Shown here piece by piece: positions 18,673-26,616 of a stretch of 64,000 nucleotides of DNA. Where the stretch lies: contig CAOJRT010000002.1 of assembly GCA_948442255.1 (NCBI GenBank), positions 8,088 through 72,087 of the forward strand, written 5' to 3'. The position numbers were made by a program, and so were the translations under genes. The notes below the pieces were generated by a model. The model did not search any database. It saw only the letters and a list, made by a program, of their open reading frames with translations, and had not been told where the DNA came from. Source of the stretch: an uncultured Bacillales bacterium. GTDB taxonomy: Bacteria > Bacillota_I > Bacilli_A > RF39 > UBA660. Positions within the stretch are counted from its first letter, which is position 1, and every line of letters starts with the position of its first letter.

Positions 18673-20241
18673 CTAAGCTAAATCATTAAAAGTAGTCTTA
18701 ATATTTATTGTTTTGTCTTCAAATATTTCAATTTTATCAATTAAATTAATTATTAATTCTCTACTTGGTTCTTTCATAGATAAAAATTTATTAATATATT
18801 CATCAATCATTTTATTTTTAGATTCCTCATTAATATTGTCATTAATACTATTATTTAATTCCGTGTATCTTTTTTGCTTTATATTTATTTCATTTTCTAA
18901 CTTAACTTTTACTCTTTCAAATTGTTCTTCAGTTATTTTTTTATTTAACTTATCAATATAAATAATATCTAAATTATCATTTATTTGCTTAATGTCGTTA
19001 GTTAGTCTTTCTAACTCTTTTTTATTATTTAATTTATTATCTTCAGTTAAATTATTTAATACATTATTTTTAACTTTATCTTTATTAATATAATTTAAGC
19101 AGATATTAGTTAATGAATTGATTATAACTTTCTCTAATTCATCATAGTTATTAGAATGAGTTGTACAAAGTTTTTGTTTCATATAAGTCCTATAATAATT
19201 GCAAATTGTATAACATCTATTATCTTTTTTTCTTCTGGATTGTATGGATATTCGATATCCACAATTACCACAATATAATAACCCATCTAATAAATGAATT
19301 TCTTTTTTTTCATTTCTTCCTTTATTTTTAGGTATTCTTTTTTGAACCTCATAAAATTTATCTTTTTCAATGATTGATTCATGAGTATTTTCCACAATTA
19401 TGTAATTATTAGGATTATTCTTAACAACCTTTTTTACCTTATAATTTATTTTACTTCTTCTATTTTGAACCATATCACCTATATACATTCTATTAGTTAA
19501 AATATCTCTTATAGTTTTTGAGTGCCACTCTCCATATTTTAAATTGTAATTACTCTTCCATTCAAAGTTATAATACTGAGCAGGTGTTTTTACTCCTTCA
19601 TTAGTTAATTGTTTGGCAATTTTAAAGAATGATAACCCATCTAAACACATATCAAATATTCTTTTAACAACACTTGCTTGTTCAATATTTATTACTAAAT
19701 GATTTTTATCATCTTTATCTTGATCATATCCAAACGGGGTTCTACCTCCTACCCATTTTCCTTCTTTCATTTTTGCTTTTAAACTAGATTTTATTTTTTT
19801 AGAAATATCTTTTGCATACATATCATTCATTATAGCTTTAAATGGTGCAATGTCATTATTAGAATTATCTAAAAATGTATCTATATTGTCAGTAACTGCA
19901 ATATATCTGACATTATGTTCGGGAAAATACTTTTCTATTAAATTCCCAGTTCCAATATAATCCCTACCTAATCTTGACATATCTTTTGTAATAACCATAT
20001 TTATTTTACCTGATTCAATATCATTTAATAATCTATTGAAATCTGGTCTATCAAAATTAGTCCCTGAATACCCATCATCAATATAAGTATCATAAACTCT
20101 TAAATTATTCTCTTTTACATATTGGAATAATAAACTCTTTTGATTTGTAATACTCTCACTCTCTAATGCTTTATCATCATCTTCTCTAGATAATCTTATA
20201 TAAAGTCCAACATTATATATCTTATTTAAACTCCCTAACAA
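18673..20241 (-). CDS. large serine recombinase (resolvase/invertase N-domain + recombinase domain + zinc ribbon + coiled coil)
   Basis: 522 aa. Catalytic region VGLYIRLSREDD...SITNQ, MVITKDMSRLGRDY. Recombinase domain GRTPFGYD. Zn ribbon LYCGNCGYR...CNYY. Long C-terminal coiled coil. Confidence 0.93.
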   Translation of the reverse strand: MLGSLNKIYNVGLYIRLSREDDDKALESESITNQKSLLFQYVKENNLRVYDTYIDDGYSGTNFDRPDFNRLLNDIESGKINMVITKDMSRLGRDYIGTGNLIEKYFPEHNVRYIAVTDNIDTFLDNSNNDIAPFKAIMNDMYAKDISKKIKSSLKAKMKEGKWVGGRTPFGYDQDKDDKNHLVINIEQASVVKRIFDMCLDGLSFFKIAKQLTNEGVKTPAQYYNFEWKSNYNLKYGEWHSKTIRDILTNRMYIGDMVQNRRSKINYKVKKVVKNNPNNYIIVENTHESIIEKDKFYEVQKRIPKNKGRNEKKEIHLLDGLLYCGNCGYRISIQSRRKKDNRCYTICNYYRTYMKQKLCTTHSNNYDELEKVIINSLTNICLNYINKDKVKNNVLNNLTEDNKLNNKKELERLTNDIKQINDNLDIIYIDKLNKKITEEQFERVKVKLENEINIKQKRYTELNNSINDNINEESKNKMIDEYINKFLSMKEPSRELIINLIDKIEIFEDKTINIKTTFNDLA

Positions 20242-20411
20242 TTTTTACCTCCTTCTAGAGATAAATAAGTACATGACGATGGTACCTCACTTTTTTTATT
20301 TTTACAAATCATTTGAATATATTTTTTAAGCTCTTTATTTAAAATTTTTATAAGAATATCATTTATATCATTATTTTCGTCATAAATATAATTAATTTTG
20401 TACTTACCCAT
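20235..20411 (-). CDS. small protein translationally coupled to the recombinase (possible accessory/directionality factor)
   Basis: 58 aa from ATG 20411 (GTGAGGTG upstream). Its stop overlaps the recombinase start by 7 nt. No recognisable family. Confidence 0.45.
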   Translation of the reverse strand: MGKYKINYIYDENNDINDILIKILNKELKKYIQMICKNKKSEVPSSCTYLSLEGGKNC

Positions 20412-20857
20412 TATTAAGCACCTCACTTAAATTTATGGATAAATTACTAATTTTAGTAATACTAAATTGAGTAATATACAAATTACGCATATATTTAGTA
20501 TTACTTATAAGCTCTCACTCCTAACATAAACATCATCTCCTTTTTGCATGATGCATGATAGCTCCACTAAGAAAGCGAGTCAAGTCTTAAACTATAGAAA
20601 ATTTTGTCTATCATCCTAAAAATATTCATAATTTAATGGGTTATGAAATAGCAGGATAAGAAGTTTGTGTATCAATACATAGTTTTCGTTTTGAAATAAA
20701 GAAAACTATATACACAATTCTTATTTTGCACTCGCAAAATTCAACCTATTTGGTAGGATGGTATCAAGGATAAGTCTAATAATAGCAATAATTTTAAGTA
20801 CAAAAAAATCATCCTATTGTCTAATTTTTACTAGATTTAGTAGGATGATAAATTTTT

Positions 20858-21610
20858 TTAATTGTTTTCTTCTATTTCAAAATTTAATAATTCATCACAA
20901 GTCTTTTCAAATAAATCTTGCTCGTGTTTTATGGTATCAATTAAGAACATTTTATCACTAGTATATTCTTTTAAACCTCTCATATAATAAGGTTTATCAT
21001 CATCTAATACAATGAATGGCATAATGTTATTTCTTAAGCATTCTTTAAACATAATAATTCTACCAACTCTCCCATTGCCATCTCCAAAAGGGTGAATTTT
21101 CTCAAAATTATAATGAAAATCAATAATGTCTTCTAAAGTAATATTAGTTTTTGAATTGTATTCAACAAGTAATTTATCAATTTCTTTTTCTACATCTTTT
21201 GGTGCAGTAGTATTGATAACATTAACAAGACCTATCATATTTGGAACTACTTTAAATCCCCCAACATTGTATCTAGGATTTTCTTCATCGCTAGTATTTC
21301 TTTTTAATATTTTATTCATTTCAATAATAATTTCTTTTGATAACTCATTATCAACATGATCTAACATATAATCAAATAATTTAAAATGATTTTTAGATTC
21401 TGTTAAATCATCTAATTTTATCAAATCATCACTTTTAGGAATAAAACTTGATGTATCAAATATGGCCTCAGTCTGATCACTAGTTAACCTACTACCTTCA
21501 ATTTTATTTGAATTATAAGAAAAATTAACTTGAGAATAATGATAGATATTACCTTTAAATTTTGATTCTTTTTGTTTGATTAATTCCTTTTTAATTTTAC
21601 TTATATCCAT
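20858..21610 (-). CDS. Fic family protein (AMPylase-type, with N-terminal inhibitory motif)
   Basis: Start at ATG 21610 (GGAGGA 9 nt upstream). Fic motif HPFGDGNGRVGR. N-terminal SNKIEG matches the (S/T)xxxE(G/N) auto-inhibition helix. Confidence 0.9.
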   Translation of the reverse strand: MDISKIKKELIKQKESKFKGNIYHYSQVNFSYNSNKIEGSRLTSDQTEAIFDTSSFIPKSDDLIKLDDLTESKNHFKLFDYMLDHVDNELSKEIIIEMNKILKRNTSDEENPRYNVGGFKVVPNMIGLVNVINTTAPKDVEKEIDKLLVEYNSKTNITLEDIIDFHYNFEKIHPFGDGNGRVGRIIMFKECLRNNIMPFIVLDDDKPYYMRGLKEYTSDKMFLIDTIKHEQDLFEKTCDELLNFEIEENN

Positions 21611-21611
21611 A

Positions 21612-22520
21612 TTACATGTCCTCCAATGAAATATTAATACCTGACTCACAATGTTTATAAAATTCTAAAGCACTTAAATGATATTTTGGCTTTTTATAAT
21701 TATATATACAGAGGTTATTTTTATTATAATTATTATTTAGTTCATATTTAATAAATTTATCTCTTACATCAATTAATAAATCTTTTAAAAAGTTATATTC
21801 GTGTATACCTTTAAATCTTTCCCACGAATGTTCAAACCAATAATATTTATTATTTTTTTCAAAAGTTAAATACGTATGAGTAGGACATTTGTCATTATCA
21901 TAATGAACTATAAAATATGTTTTAATATTCCAATCATTTCCTTTAAAATAATATCTTTCTAGTTCTACTTGATCCCAACATACGCCAACTTTATTTTTAA
22001 TAATTTCTTTAGGACTTTGTAAAATATAATTATCTGAATAAGATTCATCAACTATTGTATGTTTATTATTGCTTGTGTCAACCCATCCATATTCGATATT
22101 TTCCATTAAGTTCATAATTTCAAACTCGTTATAAAATTGCCAAATATTAAGTTGTCCTTTTGCTTTTATAGGTTTTATAGGTTTAATATCTTCAAGTATC
22201 CAAGCATATCTTCCTTCTTCATATTTACCACAAATATATTCTTGATAATTATTTTTTTTCATTTCTTCTACATAATCTTTTGTCATATATACACAATCAA
22301 CTAAAGTACATTTGCATATTATATAACCAAAATTAAGTGGTATATTATCTACGAGTGACATAAATTCAGTATCTTCCTTCCAATCTTTAGGAATAGCAGT
22401 AGCACCAGCATGAATATATAATTCACCCCTATAAGTTGTTTTCCAACTTCTTGTCTCAATTAACTTCTTTTTTTCTTTTATCAAAGTAGCACAAGGTTCT
22501 GTTAAACTTAATACCTTCAT
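21612..22520 (-). CDS. ASCH (PUA-like) domain fused to a transglutaminase/papain-like C-terminal domain
   Basis: Start at ATG 22520 (AGGTGA upstream). N-terminus MKVLSLTEPCATLIKEKKKLIETRSW is ASCH-like. C-terminus has GVCWDQ...PTHTYL...WFEHS, a Cys-His-acid arrangement. Confidence 0.6.
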   Translation of the reverse strand: MKVLSLTEPCATLIKEKKKLIETRSWKTTYRGELYIHAGATAIPKDWKEDTEFMSLVDNIPLNFGYIICKCTLVDCVYMTKDYVEEMKKNNYQEYICGKYEEGRYAWILEDIKPIKPIKAKGQLNIWQFYNEFEIMNLMENIEYGWVDTSNNKHTIVDESYSDNYILQSPKEIIKNKVGVCWDQVELERYYFKGNDWNIKTYFIVHYDNDKCPTHTYLTFEKNNKYYWFEHSWERFKGIHEYNFLKDLLIDVRDKFIKYELNNNYNKNNLCIYNYKKPKYHLSALEFYKHCESGINISLEDM

Positions 22521-22626
22521 TAAAATCACCTATAAACATTATATCATACAAAAAGACATTTCTTATTAAAACGCCTTTCATTTTGTACTTATTTCTCTCT
22601 TTATATTTTTGGTCTATCATAAATTA

Positions 22627-22830
22627 TCACACTTGAGGTACATCATAACAAATTTGTCTATGACAAACTCTTTCTTGAGGACACTCCATAACTTGAGGAC
22701 AAGTAGAAGCTGAACAACATTGTCCCATTCCCATATTCATAGAACAATCCATACCAGTATTTGCACTATTCACATTGGTATTATTCATATTATTCATATC
22801 GCTTGTATCAAAACATCTATTTACAAACAT
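22627..22830 (-). CDS. 5' segment of interrupted CotD-like Cys/His-rich gene
   Basis: 67 codons, MFVNRCFDTSDM...QCCSASTCPQVMECPQERVCHRQICYDVP-QV*. The last two codons and the TGA come from element DNA. RBS AAAGGA. Confidence 0.75.
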   Translation of the reverse strand: MFVNRCFDTSDMNNMNNTNVNSANTGMDCSMNMGMGQCCSASTCPQVMECPQERVCHRQICYDVPQV

Positions 22831-22850
22831 AAAAACTATCCTTTCTACTT

Positions 22851-22878
22851 TATCTTATGTAAGAAAAGCATTTTATGT
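22851..22878 (-). promoter_or_regulatory. sigma-K-type (late mother-cell) promoter match
   Basis: Minus strand AC, 17-nt spacer, CATAAGATA (consensus AC-16/17-CATAnnnTA), ending 20 nt before the ATG at 22830. Confidence 0.45.
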
Positions 22879-22922
22879 TTGTGACAAATAACTAGATAAA
22901 AAGCATATTCTATAAAAGACTT

Positions 22923-23453
22923 TTATTTTTGCAAATCCAAAACAATTTGTAAAGAATCATATACTTCTGGTTCTAAAAGGATCGTTTCTTCTGTACTACC
23001 ATACTCTAAAGAAAAAAGAACATCAATCTTACTTTGTTTTGTAATTTTATCTCCTTCTTTTATTCCCTCTAGCTTATAAGTAAAATGTTCAGGTACACCA
23101 AGAACTTCTACACGATTTAAAATTCCATCTAATTCACCATCATTCACTATCGAAAAAGGAATAGTTAATACCCCACTTTTTTCAGTATAAGTTACTCCAA
23201 ACGCTAATGTATTCTCTTCTATTTCTACATTCTTGTGTAAAAATAAACTCTCTTTACTTGTCCAAGCATCTCCACAAAATTCTAAAGAGACAGAAAAAAG
23301 AGGCTCTGCTAACTTTGCATTATTTACACTGACTACACTTGAAACTCCATTATCCAATGTGGCACTTAAAGCAACCACACTACTAACTAAACTAGCAAAG
23401 GAAGCAAAAATTGCTAATATGGCTATTATTGAAACTTTCTTACTACGTAACAT
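22923..23453 (-). CDS. hypothetical N-terminally anchored protein (beta-rich domain reminiscent of the N-terminal part of the 498/489-aa paralogs)
   Basis: Start at ATG 23453 (AGGAG 8 nt upstream). MLRSKKVSIIAILAIFASFASLV anchor. Confidence 0.55.
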   Translation of the reverse strand: MLRSKKVSIIAILAIFASFASLVSSVVALSATLDNGVSSVVSVNNAKLAEPLFSVSLEFCGDAWTSKESLFLHKNVEIEENTLAFGVTYTEKSGVLTIPFSIVNDGELDGILNRVEVLGVPEHFTYKLEGIKEGDKITKQSKIDVLFSLEYGSTEETILLEPEVYDSLQIVLDLQK

Positions 23454-23520
23454 AAATTTACTCCTATCATATTTTCCAGTATAGCACAAAAGAAACAGAA
23501 AAAAAAGTAGTCTACACTAC

Positions 23521-24828
23521 TTAAAACGGCATTTTAAACTGTCCACTACTCATCATTTTCATCATCTTTTTCATTTCTTCAAATTGTTTGAGCAAGCGAT
23601 TAATTTCCGCGACATCTCTTCCACAACCTTTACTAATTCTTTGTTTGCGTGTTGCTTTTAAAACTTCAGGATGACGTCTTTCATAAGGCGTCATAGAAAG
23701 AATAATCGCCTCTACATGTGCCATATCTTTAGGATTAATATTCACATTATTAAGTCCCATTTTTCTTGCTTGTGGAAGCATTTTAATGATATTTTCTAAT
23801 GGTCCCAATTTCTTAATTTGCTTCATGTTTTTTAAAAAATCTTCTAAATCATATTTTCCATTCATCATTTTTTTTGCTTGTGATTCAGCATCTTCTTCAG
23901 AAATAATTCCCTCTACTTTCTCAGCAATAGATAACACATCCCCCATATCCAAAATACGTTCTGCCATACGTTCAGGATAAAACTTTGTTAATCCATCTAG
24001 CTTTTCTGAGTCTCCTACAAACTTAATAGGTACATTTGTTAAATGACGGACAGATAAAGCAACTCCACCCTTTGTATTGCCATCTAACTTTGTTAAAATA
24101 CACCCCGTCAAATGTAACTTATTATGAAATCCTTGAATAACATTTATAGCATCTTGCCCCATCATCGCATCAATAACAAGCATAACTTCATCAGGGTGAC
24201 AGAAAGAAACAATTCCTTCTAATTCCTCCATTAAAACTTCATCAATATGCAAACGCCCAGCAGTATCAATAATAACATAATCATTCCCATTTTCTTTAGC
24301 ACTTGCAAGAGCGTGAGAAACAATCTCTAATACATCCTTTTTCCCTTCGGAATAAACAGGGATATCAAGCTGTTTACCAATTGTAATTAATTGGTCAATA
24401 GCAGCAGGCCTATAAATATCACAAGCAACCAACAAAGGTTTCTTAGCATGTTTTTTACGTAAATAATTAGCCAGTTTACCTGAAGTAGTTGTTTTACCAC
24501 TTCCTTGTAAACCAACAAGCATTAAAATACTTGGTTTCCCATCCACATATAGTGGAGCTTCCTCTCCTCCTAATAAGTCAACTAACTCATCTTTTACAAG
24601 CTTAATAAACAATTCATCTGGTTTTAAAGATTTCTGTACTTCCATCCCTAACGCTTTTTCTTTTACACGACTGACAAATTCTTTTACAACTTGATAGTTT
24701 ACATCGGCTTCTAATAAAGCCATTCGTATTTCTCGCATTGCTTCGCTAATGTTCTCTTCAGTAATTCTACCCATTCCACGAATATTTTTTATAGCTTTTG
24801 CAATACGATCTCCCATATATTCAAACAT
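23521..24828 (-). CDS. ffh: signal recognition particle protein Ffh
   Basis: GLQGSGKTTT, DTAGR, TKLDG GTPase motifs and a Met-rich M domain. ATG 24828 after AAAAGGTGA (the track start is an upstream GTG). Confidence 0.95.
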   Translation of the reverse strand: MFEYMGDRIAKAIKNIRGMGRITEENISEAMREIRMALLEADVNYQVVKEFVSRVKEKALGMEVQKSLKPDELFIKLVKDELVDLLGGEEAPLYVDGKPSILMLVGLQGSGKTTTSGKLANYLRKKHAKKPLLVACDIYRPAAIDQLITIGKQLDIPVYSEGKKDVLEIVSHALASAKENGNDYVIIDTAGRLHIDEVLMEELEGIVSFCHPDEVMLVIDAMMGQDAINVIQGFHNKLHLTGCILTKLDGNTKGGVALSVRHLTNVPIKFVGDSEKLDGLTKFYPERMAERILDMGDVLSIAEKVEGIISEEDAESQAKKMMNGKYDLEDFLKNMKQIKKLGPLENIIKMLPQARKMGLNNVNINPKDMAHVEAIILSMTPYERRHPEVLKATRKQRISKGCGRDVAEINRLLKQFEEMKKMMKMMSSGQFKMPF

Positions 24829-24860
24829 TTTAATCACCTTTTCTATTATAACAAATTAAA

Positions 24861-25457
24861 CTATATATGCCAATCACGATTACTATGTTCATGTTCATAT
24901 ACTAACTTAAGCATACCTTCTTCTGTTTTAATTATCTGTGTGAATATACAACCGCCAACATTTTGCCCCTCATTAATAGCAAATAACGTCTCTAAAGTTT
25001 CTTTCTGTTCTAAAGTTGCTTCTTTTTTATAGAATTTTGGATTAGGAATCATCGACGTATCTGTAAAATAACCGCGGTCATTAAACGCCTTTATAAATTC
25101 GGTACGACAAAATAAAACATAACCATAATAATGAACCAAGATACTTCTCTTGTCATAAAGTTGCGTAGCTCCTTCTACTCAGCTTAATTCCCTTAAATTC
25201 GCTAAGTGTTCTTGATAACTTACCATATCTTCTTTTAAATGTTGTAAGTAATTTTCATATTGCTCTATAAAATTAATACCAATATCCTGTCTGCCTACCC
25301 AAAGTGCCGAACTCTCTAACTGATGCCAAGGATTACAACCTGTATATCCTTTTGCTAAATAAAAAGTACCATCAGGTTTGATAAAAGCATTTTTCATAAC
25401 AAACAATTCCTTATTATTTTTTAATTCATTTTTTGTATATAACTTTAACTTTTCCAT
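24861..25457 (-). pseudogene. hypothetical gene interrupted by a single in-frame TGA (two 92-codon track ORFs in the same frame)
   Basis: 597 nt = 199 codons in one frame. The only stop is TGA at 25179..25181. The downstream half would need a TTG start with no RBS. Confidence 0.5.
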
Positions 25458-25536
25458 ATAAGAGCGCTCCTAAAATATGTCTTTTATTATATCGTATCTC
25501 CGTCTTTCAAGAAAGAAAAAAGATACATTTGTACCT

Positions 25537-26232
25537 CTATTTATCTAATTCTTCTTTAACTAATGCTAATATTTCTTCTTGAATTGCAAAAATATCTCTA
25601 AGTTTATCAACCTTATCCACACAATTTATTTTCTTATACTGATGTAGTACTGCCAACTCCAAATAAGCTTGTTCTGCATTACGAATATGTAAAGGACTTG
25701 CCTCATGTTGATCAGCCTCCTCATTTCTCCCCATCTTTAATTCAGCTACTTTTTTATAAGGAACATATAAGAAAATAGTTAAATCAGGTCTAGGGAGTTC
25801 TAAAAAGCCATATTCTAACTGATCTAATTCTTCATATAACTTTAGTCTTTCTTCCTTATCAAATAACTTTCCTCCTTGGTGCCCCATATTACTCTCAACA
25901 TAACGATCAATGATAACATCCACTCCATTAGCAAGTAAATCCAGAATCATTTTTCGGTGATATCTTCTATCAGCCGCATAATAAAGACATGCTACTTTTG
26001 GATCTACTTTCGCCGCTCCCTCAGGGAAATAGCCTTCACAAATATACTTTTTACCTAAATAAGGACCTCCTACTATTTTTCCAGTAGGTGTTTCATAATC
26101 AGGAAAACTAATACGTTCTACTACTCTTCCTTCCTTACGTAAGTTTTGCACTAACAAACTCGTTTGCGTTTCTTTTCCAGAACAATCTGTTCCTTCGACA
26201 ACAATAATCTTTCCTTTTCTTTTTTCACTCAT
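25537..26232 (-). CDS. tmk: thymidylate kinase family protein
   Basis: 231 aa. P-loop VVEGTDCSGKETQ, DRY motif IIDRYVESN. Confidence 0.75.
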   Translation of the reverse strand: MSEKRKGKIIVVEGTDCSGKETQTSLLVQNLRKEGRVVERISFPDYETPTGKIVGGPYLGKKYICEGYFPEGAAKVDPKVACLYYAADRRYHRKMILDLLANGVDVIIDRYVESNMGHQGGKLFDKEERLKLYEELDQLEYGFLELPRPDLTIFLYVPYKKVAELKMGRNEEADQHEASPLHIRNAEQAYLELAVLHQYKKINCVDKVDKLRDIFAIQEEILALVKEELDK

Positions 26233-26313
26233 AAATAATCCCTACCTTTTACAATTTTATCATAGCATAGTTCTTTATTTTTTAAAAGTGTAAAAAATAC
26301 ACAATAAAAAATG

Positions 26314-26616
26314 CTACATAGAAAGTACCTTTTCAATTCGCTTTTTTATCTCTAAAATATCCACTAATTGTAAGGAATCAGCAAGTAAATTATTTTTTTG
26401 ATAAAGATGCAATTTATCTTCATAATAATTTAATTTGTCTAATACAGTTTTAATCGTCTTTGCAACTGCACTACGACTAACTCCCTTTATCTCAGCTATC
26501 TCTCCCAAAGATAAATCTTCTTGATAATAGTTTTGAAAAGCAGTAGTTTCCTTCTCTGTAAGCAAAGATCCATATAAATCATATAAAGAATTGTAATACA
26601 AAAAATCTTCCATCAC
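26314..26616 (-). CDS. ylxM: YlxM/UPF0122 helix-turn-helix protein
   Basis: 100 aa. LTEKETTAFQNYYQEDLSLGEIAEIKGVSRSAV (sigma-70 region 4-like). Lies directly downstream of ftsY. Confidence 0.8.
   Translation of the reverse strand: MMEDFLYYNSLYDLYGSLLTEKETTAFQNYYQEDLSLGEIAEIKGVSRSAVAKTIKTVLDKLNYYEDKLHLYQKNNLLADSLQLVDILEIKKRIEKVLSM

Larger units (their letters stand above)
17817..22638. mobile_element. ~4.82-kb integrated element with large serine recombinase, inserted in a CotD-like gene (candidate sporulation intervening element)
   Basis: Bounded by the same AGG (minus-strand CCT) at 17817..17819 and 22636..22638. Carries a recombinase, a small coupled ORF, and NERD, Fic and ASCH-fusion genes. 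TTGATAG motif near both ends (17812, 17842; inverted at 22613). Visibly more AT-rich than the flanks. Confidence 0.8.

Noticed and set aside
22613-22619. TCTATCA / TGATAGA (17843..17849) as symmetric attP arms
   Set aside because: The motif is real, but its distances to the proposed crossover differ (16 versus 23 nt). It is kept only as weak supporting evidence, not as a defined att-site architecture.
17817-22638. Element as a prophage or ICE
   Set aside because: It is only 4.8 kb and carries no capsid, tail, terminase, replication, relaxase or T4SS genes. It is better described as a minimal recombinase-borne insertion.
25179-25181. In-frame TGA as evidence for genetic code 4 (TGA = Trp)
   Set aside because: nth (41978) and recU (38060) terminate at TGA at the expected protein ends. 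Long genes contain no internal TGA, and Trp is encoded by TGG throughout.
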